DNA of 64,000 nucleotides from Myxococcales bacterium UBA4248 (GTDB lineage Bacteria; Myxococcota_A; Bradymonadia; UBA4248): NCBI GenBank assembly GCA_002395385.1, contig DGWW01000147.1, positions 1,214 to 65,213 of the forward strand, read 5' to 3'. Shown piece by piece: positions 40,126 to 49,239 of this stretch (position 1 is its first letter; each line of letters starts with the position of its first letter). The notes under the pieces were generated by a model. It saw only the letters and a program-made list of their open reading frames with translations, ran no database searches and was not told where the DNA came from. The position numbers and the translations under genes were made by a program.

Positions 40126-40270
40126 GTTAAATGCATAATGCCTAATTCTGAATGCATAATGAAATGTCATACTCAGAGGATTTGAATGATTCCTTTGGGT
40201 TTACAAAATCATTCAGCATTATGAGTTCAGCATTATGAATTAAAGAGGTTTTAAGTGTTTTGGGAAACAG
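40126..40270. repeat. roughly 140 bp AT-rich MITE-like imperfect palindromic element, copy A (copy B at 58207..58345)
   Basis: 80-85% identity to 58207..58345. Arms GAATGCATAATGAA / TTCAGCATTATGAGTTCAGCATTATGAATT around the core AGAGGATTTGAATGATTCCTTTGG. Confidence 0.75.
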
Positions 40271-40482
40271 GTACATACTCTAAAGCTGAATAGTGACAAT
40301 TACGCATTACAAATTACTAAAAAAACTTGACTTTTATCAGGTAACATGCCAGAAAGCGCCGCGTTTTGTGCCGCCCTGGCACACGGTTTTATGTCAGCAC
40401 AGGGGCAACATAATATGCCTCAAGTTCTGTCTCAAAGAATTTTTGTCAGCCTAAAAGCTGCATACTTATTTCGGAGTAAATT

Positions 40483-40635
40483 ATGAAACGTACATTTCAG
40501 CCGAGCAAAATCAAACGTGCTCATACGCACGGTTTCCGTACCAGAATGTCTACCGCTCAGGGCCGCGAAGTACTCAATCGTCGTCGTGCCAAAGGCCGTA
40601 AACGTCTGGTTCCATCTGTTCCTGCTAAACACTAG
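40483..40635 (+). CDS. rpmH: 50S ribosomal protein L34
   Basis: [43 protein letters not shown].. GGAG RBS. Not in the ORF track because it is under 60 aa. Confidence 0.9.
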   Translation: MKRTFQPSKIKRAHTHGFRTRMSTAQGREVLNRRRAKGRKRLVPSVPAKH

Positions 40636-40647
40636 GATAAGCCCCCT

Positions 40648-41022
40648 ATGAAAATTACCCCGAACCGGACATTCGGATGGGGTAAGGCGGTTCGCCTGCG
40701 AAAGCATGCACAATATTGCCGGGTTCAGTCCAAAGGGCGTCGAGTCGGCGGGAAGTTCCTGTTATTCATCTTCACGCCGTCTTCGCTTGTGAATGCCCGT
40801 TTTGGATTGACGGTTAGCAAACGCGTAGGCAATGCGGTTACCCGTAATAAGGTTAAACGCCGCCTTCGCGAGATTTTGCGCCATCATAAAAATATCCTCA
40901 GCGGCCTGGATGTCGTTGTAATCGCTAAGAATAATGCTGCTTCTGCCAGCTTTGTGTCTTTAAAGCAAGATGTGACCGAGCTCCTGGAGCGCGTACTTCG
41001 GAGTTGCTCATGTCCTCATTAG
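40648..41022 (+). CDS. rnpA: ribonuclease P protein component
   Basis: Basic 124 aa protein immediately downstream of rpmH. RnpA-like KxxxRxRLRE.. motifs. Confidence 0.85.
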   Translation: MKITPNRTFGWGKAVRLRKHAQYCRVQSKGRRVGGKFLLFIFTPSSLVNARFGLTVSKRVGNAVTRNKVKRRLREILRHHKNILSGLDVVVIAKNNAASASFVSLKQDVTELLERVLRSCSCPH

Positions 41023-41264
41023 TTCATCAGGCTTTTAAAGGCATTTCTAACGCACTTAAAGTCTTGTGCCTTTTCTTGATTCGATGCTACCAAAAAGGCA
41101 TTTCTCCATGGCTTGGAGCTAATTGTAGATTCAGACCTACGTGCAGCGCCTATACTTTTGAAGCCATCGAAAAATATGGCCCCGCCAAAGGTATCTTTCT
41201 CGGAATGAAGCGCATTTTAAGATGCCGACCTGGCGTGCCAGGCGGATATGACCCTGTACCTTAA
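41004..41264 (+). CDS. yidD: membrane protein insertion efficiency factor YidD
   Basis: [46 protein letters not shown]. Overlaps the rnpA stop. Confidence 0.85.
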   Translation: MLMSSLVHQAFKGISNALKVLCLFLIRCYQKGISPWLGANCRFRPTCSAYTFEAIEKYGPAKGIFLGMKRILRCRPGVPGGYDPVP

Positions 41265-41358
41265 GATTTTCGCCCCATTTGGGGAAACTATCTGTTTTGC
41301 ATAACCATTGCGCATTGCGATTGGCGCTTTGCGAATTTCATATCTACTGGAATTGCTC

Positions 41359-43074
41359 ATGGCGGAGTATTTAAACTACAACGGCTCCAACGATAGCGGT
41401 GGAAAAAGTTCCAATTGGCTCATATTAATGGGGCTCATGATGCTCGCTTTCATCGTGATGCCTTATTTTATGCCCCAGCAAAAACCGGAATCCCTCCCCG
41501 AAAAAACACAAGATACTCAGGAAACCAAAGACGATTCCCTCGTCGTTTCTGTCAAATATCCCATCGAATCACGCGTCCTTGAAAGCGATCAATATCAAAT
41601 CACATGGACAAATGCTGGTGGCGGTCGAGTTCAGGATGTACTTATTAAAGATCCCGATCGCTATTTTGAACACGGCGATTTCATTCGCTCCCAAAAATCT
41701 GAAAATGAAAATCTCGGTGGAATCCTGCCGTTCCGAATGACATTGCCTGCCATGGGCGTGACTGCCGAAACACAGTTCCAAACGGCGTCCCCTGCCGACT
41801 CACATAACGAAGTCAAATACACATACGTCGATCCTGAGGGAAAATTCCAATTCGATAAGTCATTCTCGACCACGGATGTTCCTTATATCGTACACACTAA
41901 AATCGCTCTGACCAATCGGACAGATCAGGCCATCAGCGACAAACTCTCCATCGCTTTCTTTATTAAACAAATCAAAGGCGAAGAACCAGGACTGTTTACA
42001 CCAGGAGCTTATGTCGCCGCCAAATGCTATGCAGATGGCGATCTCGAATACGTCGACGCTACCGACAAAAACGAAACAGAATCCTACCAAAAATCACTTC
42101 AGTGGTTTGGTGTCGATGAATCCTATTATGCCATGATTATGATGACCAATTATGGCGGTTCATGCGAAATCAAAAATGAAGTTAAAAATGAAGAAAGCTT
42201 GCTCAGCAGTACTTATGCGCTGCCCCTCGTACTCAACCCCAATTCGACGACGACTTACGAATTCGATGTCTACATGGGGCCAAAAGAAGCCCGCTATTTG
42301 AGCGCTGCCGGCGAAGATCACAACCTGCCTGCCGTCATCGATTACGGCTGGATGGAAGTCCTGGCCAAACCCATGGCATGGATTCTCGATAAATTCCATG
42401 AACTCACCGGAAACTGGGGATTTGCCATCATCCTGCTCACCATTATCGTACGATTGCTCCTGTGGCCTATTGCACAAAAGAGCCAGCTTTCTATGATGCG
42501 CATGTCCAAAATTGCGCCGCTCATGCAGGAACTCCAGGAAAAATACAAAGACGATCCTCAGACACTGCAACAAAAACAGCTCGAACTCTACCAAAAACAG
42601 GGCATCAATCCCTTCGGCTGCCTGCCGCTCCTGCTGCAAATGCCGATATTCTTCGCGCTCTATCGCTGCATCTTCGTAACCGGCGGTCTCTACAAAGCCG
42701 ATTTCGTTTTCTGGATACACGATCTGTCCGCGCGCGATCCCTTCTTCATTCTCCCCATCCTCTGTGTTGCTCTCCTCATAGTTCAGCAACTCCTCACACC
42801 AACGGCCACCAAAAATAAACAGCAAAAAATCATGATGATCACGATGCCCGCTTTCTTCGGCCTCATGATGCTCTTCTTACCCGCTGGCCTTAATCTCTAC
42901 ATGTTCGTCAGTTCGCTCTTCTCCATGGGGCAAAGCTTCTACGTGCGCCATATCATCGCGCAGGAAGAAGGTGCAAAAGCCGTTGCCGCAGACGCCAATG
43001 GTGTCATCGACATCGAGCCATCCACACTCTCGAGCAAAGAAAGACGCGCCGCTAAAAGACGTGAAGAAAAGTAA
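41359..43074 (+). CDS. yidC: membrane protein insertase YidC. The listed ORF starts at TTG 41308, and ATG 41359 is more likely
   Basis: N-terminal TM, periplasmic domain, and the conserved C-terminal 5-TM core (..PLMQELQEKYKDDPQ..QKQGINPFGCLP..). Confidence 0.9.
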   Translation: MAEYLNYNGSNDSGGKSSNWLILMGLMMLAFIVMPYFMPQQKPESLPEKTQDTQETKDDSLVVSVKYPIESRVLESDQYQITWTNAGGGRVQDVLIKDPDRYFEHGDFIRSQKSENENLGGILPFRMTLPAMGVTAETQFQTASPADSHNEVKYTYVDPEGKFQFDKSFSTTDVPYIVHTKIALTNRTDQAISDKLSIAFFIKQIKGEEPGLFTPGAYVAAKCYADGDLEYVDATDKNETESYQKSLQWFGVDESYYAMIMMTNYGGSCEIKNEVKNEESLLSSTYALPLVLNPNSTTTYEFDVYMGPKEARYLSAAGEDHNLPAVIDYGWMEVLAKPMAWILDKFHELTGNWGFAIILLTIIVRLLLWPIAQKSQLSMMRMSKIAPLMQELQEKYKDDPQTLQQKQLELYQKQGINPFGCLPLLLQMPIFFALYRCIFVTGGLYKADFVFWIHDLSARDPFFILPILCVALLIVQQLLTPTATKNKQQKIMMITMPAFFGLMMLFLPAGLNLYMFVSSLFSMGQSFYVRHIIAQEEGAKAVAADANGVIDIEPSTLSSKERRAAKRREEK

Positions 43075-43109
43075 TCTTTTCATTGCTGTACCGGTCCTTG
43101 CAGCCTGAC

Positions 43110-43185
43110 GGCTGCTACGTCCTCGGGCCACGGCTATTTCGGCTTTACAAAGCCTCAATACGCCGCGGCTCTTTTTTTGTGGGGA
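43110..43185. repeat. REP-like palindrome that doubles as a terminator-like hairpin after yidC
   Basis: GGCTATTTCGGCTTTACAAAGCCTCAATACGCCGCGGCTC followed by TTTTTTT. Confidence 0.55.
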
Positions 43186-43499
43186 TTCACACCACAGTGT
43201 GATAAAAAGTGCGCTGTATCAGAAACGCTCAAGTTTCTGATAAGCGCACGCGAAGGGCGTATCGCAGATAGCCCGAAGCAATTAGCAATTATGGTTTTCG
43301 TAAGATTATTTCTAAAAACAGAATGAATCTGAAACTATGAATACAACTTTGTTTTATAGGTATTTCCATAGTTTTGCATTTCAATTGCGCATTGCGAATT
43401 CAAAAGCCAATTTTATGAGCTTTAGATTCAAACTTTAGTATGACACACCAATTGCGCATTATGACTTGCGCATAGCAAATTCATAAAGGAACTCCCAAT

Positions 43500-43982
43500 A
43501 TGATGGATTACATGTACGATGATTACGATGGCGACGTCGTTGACAGAGCGGCAGATTTTCTTGCAGATCTATTGTCCTATATGGGATTTGATGCAGAAAT
43601 TCACACGGAAGTCATCGACAACACAGCAGTGTTCGATATAATCGGCGATGACGTCAAATCTATTTCGCCAGCCATCGATCCATCTGTCGTCAATGCCCTC
43701 TCCTGGATCATTAAACGCGCAAGATTTATTCTCGGTTCTGGCTATCGCTTCGATATCGATGTCAATAGCTACCGCCTGGAGCGCGTCCATAAACTCGAAG
43801 GCGTCGCACAGGAAATGCACGACAAACTCGAAGGCGGACTCAATAAAATCACGTGTTTCGGCATGGATAATGTCGACAGACGTGCGCTCCACCTGCTGCT
43901 CAATGCAGACCCCATGGTCAAAACCGAATCCAACGGTTATGGCAATTTCCGCCATCTCGAAATATCTAAGAATGAGCAATAA
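43500..43982 (+). CDS. khpB: Jag/KhpB-like RNA-binding protein (Jag_N plus R3H-like)
   Basis: Conserved position after yidC. N-terminus AADFLADLLSYMGFDA. C-terminal R3H-like ..DRRALHLLL... Confidence 0.65.
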   Translation: MMDYMYDDYDGDVVDRAADFLADLLSYMGFDAEIHTEVIDNTAVFDIIGDDVKSISPAIDPSVVNALSWIIKRARFILGSGYRFDIDVNSYRLERVHKLEGVAQEMHDKLEGGLNKITCFGMDNVDRRALHLLLNADPMVKTESNGYGNFRHLEISKNEQ

Positions 43983-43987
43983 CCGCC

Positions 43988-44344
43988 ATGGCCAGGAAAT
44001 CCAACGATTGGCACGACGAACCCGCTGCGATGCAATCCCCCTTCGGGATGCTTGCTCAGCTCAAAAAAACGAGCGATACAGACGCTCCATCTGCACCCAC
44101 GGCAGTCCAAACCACATCAACTGCCGTCCTGCCTAAAGTAAAATCCACCCGAATCGAACGTGCACAAAGAAGCGGCAAAACCGTGACAGTTGTCAGTTTC
44201 CAGGGTAACCCTACTGACGAAGCAAAACAATCATGGCTTAAAATGGCCAAAACCAAGCTCGGTGTCGGCGGATCCGTCGAAGATGATCATGTGATTTTAC
44301 AGGGCGATCAAAGAGAAAGGTTATGCTCGATTTCAGAAAAATGA
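43988..44344 (+). CDS. yciH: SUI1/YciH-family translation initiation factor-like protein
   Basis: ..RIERAQRSGKTVTVVSFQG..LGVGGSVEDDHVILQGDQRERL matches the YciH/eIF1 fold pattern. Confidence 0.7.
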   Translation: MARKSNDWHDEPAAMQSPFGMLAQLKKTSDTDAPSAPTAVQTTSTAVLPKVKSTRIERAQRSGKTVTVVSFQGNPTDEAKQSWLKMAKTKLGVGGSVEDDHVILQGDQRERLCSISEK

Positions 44345-44958
44345 AATTCGCGACAAGTGCCGCTTCATACAAGCAATTCCCGACAAATCGCCACCCAGAA
44401 GTGGCTATCGTCGGGCGATCCAATGTCGGGAAATCCTCACTTCTCAATATGCTGTGTGAACATAAGCAGCTTGCCAGAGTGAGCAAAACCCCGGGGCGCA
44501 CACAGCTCGTCAATTTTTTTGATATCGAAGACAAAGCTTACATCGTCGATTTACCTGGATATGGCTATGCCGATGTCCCCGAAAGCATCCAATCCAAGTG
44601 GGATGACATGATGCACGAATATCTCGCCGGACGTGAACAGCTGCTCGGCTTGCTCCTGCTGCTCGATGTGCGCAGATCACCCTCTGAACATGATCACCTC
44701 ATGTTCGATTGGTGCATGGAACGCGGTCTGCCTGTCCTCCTCATATTGACCAAAGTCGACAAAGTCGGCAAAAATGAAGCCTATAATCAGCTCCATAAAA
44801 TTGCAAAGGCATTCGATACATCCCCAAAACAGCTCATTTCAACTTCGACACTCAAACGCATTGGGCTCGAAGCATTGCGCGAATCTCTCAATGACCTGTT
44901 TGATGATTTCTTTGCAATCCAAAAAGAAATTGATATTGCCACGCAAGATAATCCATAA
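44341..44958 (+). CDS. engB: ribosome biogenesis GTP-binding protein EngB/YsxC
   Basis: G1 GRSNVGKSSLLN, G3 DLPGYGY, G4 TKVDK. Its ATG overlaps the yciH stop (ATGA). Confidence 0.9.
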   Translation: MKFATSAASYKQFPTNRHPEVAIVGRSNVGKSSLLNMLCEHKQLARVSKTPGRTQLVNFFDIEDKAYIVDLPGYGYADVPESIQSKWDDMMHEYLAGREQLLGLLLLLDVRRSPSEHDHLMFDWCMERGLPVLLILTKVDKVGKNEAYNQLHKIAKAFDTSPKQLISTSTLKRIGLEALRESLNDLFDDFFAIQKEIDIATQDNP

Positions 44959-44985
44959 CCATACGTGCCAAGATAAGTGGGCGAA

Positions 44986-45201
44986 TTACCAATAACTTGC
45001 TGTAGCTTCGCTCGCCTGCTCCCGGGTCAGATTGTACTTTTCAATGAGATAATCTATGGTTTCTGAGCGCGTTTTCCCAAAATCTTTGCAAGCACGAATT
45101 GCTGAGACTTTCTCACCGTTCTCAAAACCGACTTTCTCACCGTTTTCAAAGCCTTCGGCTTTTATCTGACTGACCCATTTATCCCAGATTTCGCACATCA
45201 T
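44986..45201 (-). CDS. free-standing copy of the Rpn C-terminal tail domain (RpnS-like small protein, 71 aa)
   Basis: Near-identical (2-3 nt differences) duplicate of the last 71 codons of 45224..46129. Preceded by a GGAGA RBS. Confidence 0.5.
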   Translation of the reverse strand: MMCEIWDKWVSQIKAEGFENGEKVGFENGEKVSAIRACKDFGKTRSETIDYLIEKYNLTREQASEATASYW

Positions 45202-45223
45202 CGTTTCTCCAAACGGCTAACAA

Positions 45224-46129
45224 CTACCAATAAGACGCCATAGCGTCGCTCGCCTGCTCCCGGGTCAGATTGTACTTTTCAATGAGATAATCTATGGTTT
45301 CTGAACGCGTTTTCCCAAAATCTTTGCAAGCACGAATTGCTGAGACTTTCTCACCGTTCTCAAAACCGACTTTCTCACCGTTTTCAAAGCCTTCGGCTTT
45401 TATCTGACTGACCCATTTATCCCAAATTTCGCACATCATCGTTTCTCCCGATTTAAAATCACTGATATCTAAGTTTTTTAAAGCCTCATCTCCTGTCAGT
45501 GATGCAAATAGTGCAAGCATTTCATCGATGTATTTGACTGGCTGTGCAATGCCCGTAATTTTGCCAGTCTCACGTATTTCACACAATACTTCGACCAAAA
45601 TCCTAAAATCCCCGGTCAGTAACGCTCTTTGCGAAGGCGCCAACCAAGCGAGATTTGTCACATCTATTTTATAATCCTGAAAAAAATCTGCAAGCTCTGC
45701 TGGCAGATTTACCAAATCCTTTAATGAAAATGGCCACTGCCACTTCTGACGATAACTGTAATTTAAAACATGCGAAAAAACAGGCGCTATCCTGATGTTC
45801 TGATTGATATGTTCAATGTGATTCAATTGATAGCGATATCTTGAAAAATCATATCCCATCATTCGAATCGGCATGCCAATATCAACAGACATCTGATTTT
45901 CTAAACCACATACAATCAACCCCAGCATAAATCCGTCGTATATTTTTACAACATCGCGCCGGAGTTCTTCTGGTTTGCTATTTTCAATATGCTCATACTC
46001 TGTGGCAGCTTCGTGCAAATGTCCCGGGTCAAGATGTATTTTGTTTTTGAGTGCAAATACGCTGAATACCTCGGCAAACTCATCATTATGATCGAGAAGC
46101 ATCTTTTGTGCTTTATCGAACGCCCCCAT
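45224..46129 (-). CDS. Rpn-family recombination-promoting nuclease / putative transposase (YhgA-like PD-(D/E)xK)
   Basis: ..LIVCGLENQMSVDIGMPIRMMGY.. matches the RpnA HVVIEHQSKPDKKMAFRMMRY motif. The tail GETMMCEIWDKW..GFENGEKVGFENGEKV.. resembles the RpnA tail (GESMMTLAQWFEEKGIEKGI..). AGGAGG RBS. Confidence 0.65.
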   Translation of the reverse strand: MGAFDKAQKMLLDHNDEFAEVFSVFALKNKIHLDPGHLHEAATEYEHIENSKPEELRRDVVKIYDGFMLGLIVCGLENQMSVDIGMPIRMMGYDFSRYRYQLNHIEHINQNIRIAPVFSHVLNYSYRQKWQWPFSLKDLVNLPAELADFFQDYKIDVTNLAWLAPSQRALLTGDFRILVEVLCEIRETGKITGIAQPVKYIDEMLALFASLTGDEALKNLDISDFKSGETMMCEIWDKWVSQIKAEGFENGEKVGFENGEKVSAIRACKDFGKTRSETIDYLIEKYNLTREQASDAMASYW

Positions 46130-46522
46130 TCATCCTCCTGTAATATCACAAGGATCTATTTAACGAATGTGGATATTCGTTTTCACAGATTACTTCCATT
46201 CTAGTGTTTAATTGCATAAATCATAGATATTATTGTCAAAAGAAGCCTGTAGGGCTTCAAGGTAAGTAGCCCACATTAATGTCCCCCTCGCCATTTATGG
46301 AGAGGAGGAATGTCTGCCGCAGGCTGACAAGGGGGTGAGGTCTGACTACCGCAGGAACAATGGAATCCCCCAAAATCGAACTCCGTAGGCGTTCCACAAA
46401 TTATCTCTTACTTTTGCAATTAAACACCAGCTTAGAGCTTAGAGAATGGGTTGACTACTCCAAGCTCAAAGTTCAAAAGTCATCAGAATTCTGGTAATAC
46501 AGAATCAATATCAATAATCTGA

Positions 46523-46897
46523 TTAATACGGAAATGCCTCATCAAGCTGCTGATCATCTGCGTCATGATTAGCATTGGGGGATCTGCGGCTCGATAAGAA
46601 TGTTATTTTTTCCGCAATAATAGATTGGAAATAGCGTTTTTGACCGTCTTTTTCATAAGCCCGATTATCAATGCGCCCCTCGATACAGCATAAGTCGCCC
46701 TTGTGGAGATGATTGTGACACAAAATGGCCTGTTTGCCAAAAGCACAGATACGATGCCATTGAACTTCTTCTTTCCCGTCCCGGAACGTAGAATTACTCA
46801 GATTAAAATTGACATATTCTGTCTTTTTCCCCTGATTTAATTCGGGATCACGAGCGAGTCGACCAATGATAATTGTTTTGTTATAAGTATTTGCCAT
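46523..46897 (-). CDS. ssb: single-stranded DNA-binding protein (coordinates approximate, within 1 nt)
   Basis: OB-fold MANTYNKTIIIGRLARDPEL...WHRICAFGKQAI. Acidic C-terminal tip DEAFPY. Confidence 0.8.
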   Translation of the reverse strand: MANTYNKTIIIGRLARDPELNQGKKTEYVNFNLSNSTFRDGKEEVQWHRICAFGKQAILCHNHLHKGDLCCIEGRIDNRAYEKDGQKRYFQSIIAEKITFLSSRRSPNANHDADDQQLDEAFPY

Positions 46898-47299
46898 AAT
46901 CGTATCCTTGTAAAATGCTGGGTATAAATGAAATATAATTAGCGACAAATCCTCAGGTTTTTCTTGTTGCCGAAATACCAATCATTGATATCGGCATATC
47001 CAGAATGAGCCCTGCTAATGATACTCAGACGACTTATACGAATTATTGAATGTCAGGGAGAGTCTCTCATTTTTGTACACATATTCTATTCCTCCAGAAA
47101 AACATCTTTTTTTTTGCATAAAAACATCGGCCGAACGAGGACATGAAATACCAATGACAAGTGATTACAACTCATTTTTTGAGTTCTGAATGCTTCATAA
47201 CCATCGTCCATAGGATATTGAATGCAGATATCCATCCGCCTGAACTGCAGACACATTTGTGTCCCGACGTCGATGCAGCCTTGCGAAATTCTTTTCACC

Positions 47300-47345
47300 C
47301 TATATATGGGCAATTTTTACAAAAAACGGCCAAAAAAAATGCATT
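47300..47345. promoter_or_regulatory. 45 bp dyad-symmetric element, copy 2 of 3
   Basis: CTATATATGGGCAATTTTTACAAAAAACGGCCAAAAAAAATGCAT. Confidence 0.6.
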
Positions 47346-47477
47346 TTTTTCATTTTTTTTTCGCCGAAAGAATTGAGACCGACGAAATCAAATCCACAAT
47401 GGCATATCGCGCATTGCGAATTGCGAATTCAGACAATTTGGGTTATGCTGTAAGCGTTTGTTCTGCGAGGTAAACCG

Positions 47478-48239
47478 ATGGATCAAAAACAGCAACAATC
47501 AAATCAAGACAACTACAATTCCAATTACGATATTCTCGATGGTTCGGCAGACCGGAACCAACCCAAAGAATCAGAAGTCGTTCGGGCAATTGAGCGCGAC
47601 ATTTCGCTGCAGGAATACGAAAACGACAAAGAGTATATTCTTCAGGCAATAAAAGATTACCTCAAGGAACGCAAATATGACGACGCCCAAGAGCTCGTCT
47701 ACAAATACCGCGCAGCGGCCAAAACAGATGAAAATTTTGCAGTCCTCGCGCGCCTCACAGCTCAGGGACTCGAAGCGCACTCTAAGTTCGAAAAAATCGA
47801 TACGGTGCTCGATGCCACGCCCGATGACGATTACCAGACACGCATATCACTGTGCAAACGCGCACTCAAAGTTGAGCCGGGCAATGAAAAATACAAGCAG
47901 GAACTGGAGCGATGCCAACGCGCACTCGGCATTCAGCCGACTCAGAATAAAGCCACCAGCACCCAGTCATCCGCGGATTCAAATCAGTTATTTACGCCTT
48001 CGGCAAAAGCATGGGCCATCGCAAGCGCCCTGTGGACAGGATTATCAACCTGCTTCTTCTTTAGTGAATACGGTTTTCTTTCTGGCTGCCTCGGAATCGC
48101 CCTAATTGTTGCCAACACCTGGCTCTATTCGAACCATCCATCCTCACCGATTCGACAACTTGGTACCGTCGGCAAAGTTCTCGTCAATATTGGCGTGTGG
48201 TGCCTGGCCTTTATCATCATTGCGCTTGTGAGCGTATAA
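47478..48239 (+). CDS. membrane protein with an N-terminal helical (TPR-like) region and two C-terminal TM helices
   Basis: Sigma70-like promoter upstream (TTGCGA-17-TATGCT). C-terminal TMs WAIASALWTGLSTCFFF and VLVNIGVWCLAFIIIALV. Confidence 0.7.
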   Translation: MDQKQQQSNQDNYNSNYDILDGSADRNQPKESEVVRAIERDISLQEYENDKEYILQAIKDYLKERKYDDAQELVYKYRAAAKTDENFAVLARLTAQGLEAHSKFEKIDTVLDATPDDDYQTRISLCKRALKVEPGNEKYKQELERCQRALGIQPTQNKATSTQSSADSNQLFTPSAKAWAIASALWTGLSTCFFFSEYGFLSGCLGIALIVANTWLYSNHPSSPIRQLGTVGKVLVNIGVWCLAFIIIALVSV

Positions 48240-48243
48240 CCGG

Positions 48244-48325
48244 ATGGATGCGCACAGCTATTGGCCTTGCGGCCAATACGCCCCGCGCGCTTTGGCTATT
48301 GCCTGCAGCAATACGCCAAAGCCCT
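48244..48325. repeat. REP-like palindromes
   Basis: CAGCTATTGGCC-TTGC-GGCCAATACGCC, and GCTTTGGCTATTGC-CTGCA-GCAATACGCCAAAGC. Confidence 0.65.
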
Positions 48326-49136
48326 ATTTTTCTGATTTACCGTTCCGAATGCGATCGATAAAATCACAGGTAATTTCAAAAACTGCAGCAGCCTGACAAT
48401 CTTGTCCTAGCTCATGTCCCGAACGTTTCAGCGTATGCATCTCGCAGTAACTGCTGCCTGCTTTTTTAAAGAGCATGCGCGAAGTCGAATAAGTCACAAC
48501 CTGGTCGCGCTTTGAATGTATAATGCACAGGGGTACTTTGACATCCGAAACGAGCATGCGCGACTTGGCTGCATAGTCATAAAGCTCGACGAAAGCTCTG
48601 GTGGGAAAATACTTATAATTTTGGTTCTTTTTCCGGCATTCATCATCCCGAAAGCTTTCCTGCCCCTTCCAATATTTCGAAAAAAAGGCGATAACTTTCG
48701 AGAAGCCTGCCAGTTTGTTCACGAATCCAAGAGCGGCTGCCCAGGTGATGCAGGCACAAATCTTATCGTGATAGGGATGGGCAAGCGCGCAAAGATTAAG
48801 TGCAACCAGTCCGCCCATAGAGAATCCAATGACAACAACGCGATCGACACGTTCACAGAGCGTGCCAAGGGCTTTGAGTGCATCATCGTACCAATCCTGA
48901 GCTTTCACGCCTATTAATGCTTCTGGTGTCGCATTATGCCCGCGAAGGATAGGCATTTCATAGGGTATATTCATCTCTTCAAACTTGGGCAGAATATCCT
49001 GGATACTCGCTGGCGCCGAAGTAAACCCATGCAATAGGAGAACCCCAAGTTTTTCGATTTTGGAATCTGGAAAAGTACCTCGCTTCTCAAATACCGCAGT
49101 ATCTTTTGAGCCATTTAGCTCATGTGTGGCTTGCAT
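48324..49136 (-). CDS. alpha/beta-hydrolase fold esterase/lipase
   Basis: Nucleophile elbow VIGFSMGG. Catalytic Asp/His region ..HSKRDQVV...GHEL. Confidence 0.85.
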   Translation of the reverse strand: MQATHELNGSKDTAVFEKRGTFPDSKIEKLGVLLLHGFTSAPASIQDILPKFEEMNIPYEMPILRGHNATPEALIGVKAQDWYDDALKALGTLCERVDRVVVIGFSMGGLVALNLCALAHPYHDKICACITWAAALGFVNKLAGFSKVIAFFSKYWKGQESFRDDECRKKNQNYKYFPTRAFVELYDYAAKSRMLVSDVKVPLCIIHSKRDQVVTYSTSRMLFKKAGSSYCEMHTLKRSGHELGQDCQAAAVFEITCDFIDRIRNGKSEK

Positions 49137-49239
49137 GAAACCTCCATTATGTATTAGTATATTGATAAATACAGACTGGTTAAGCCTGTAATGTTCATAT
49201 ACAGGTTACCGTTCAGTCTTCCAAGAAGGATCCGGACGC

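Noticed and set aside
47086-47313. 75-aa minus ORF starting inside the 45 bp dyad element
   Set aside because: The start codon lies within the conserved regulatory element. It has no RBS and no domain, so it is probably non-coding promoter DNA.
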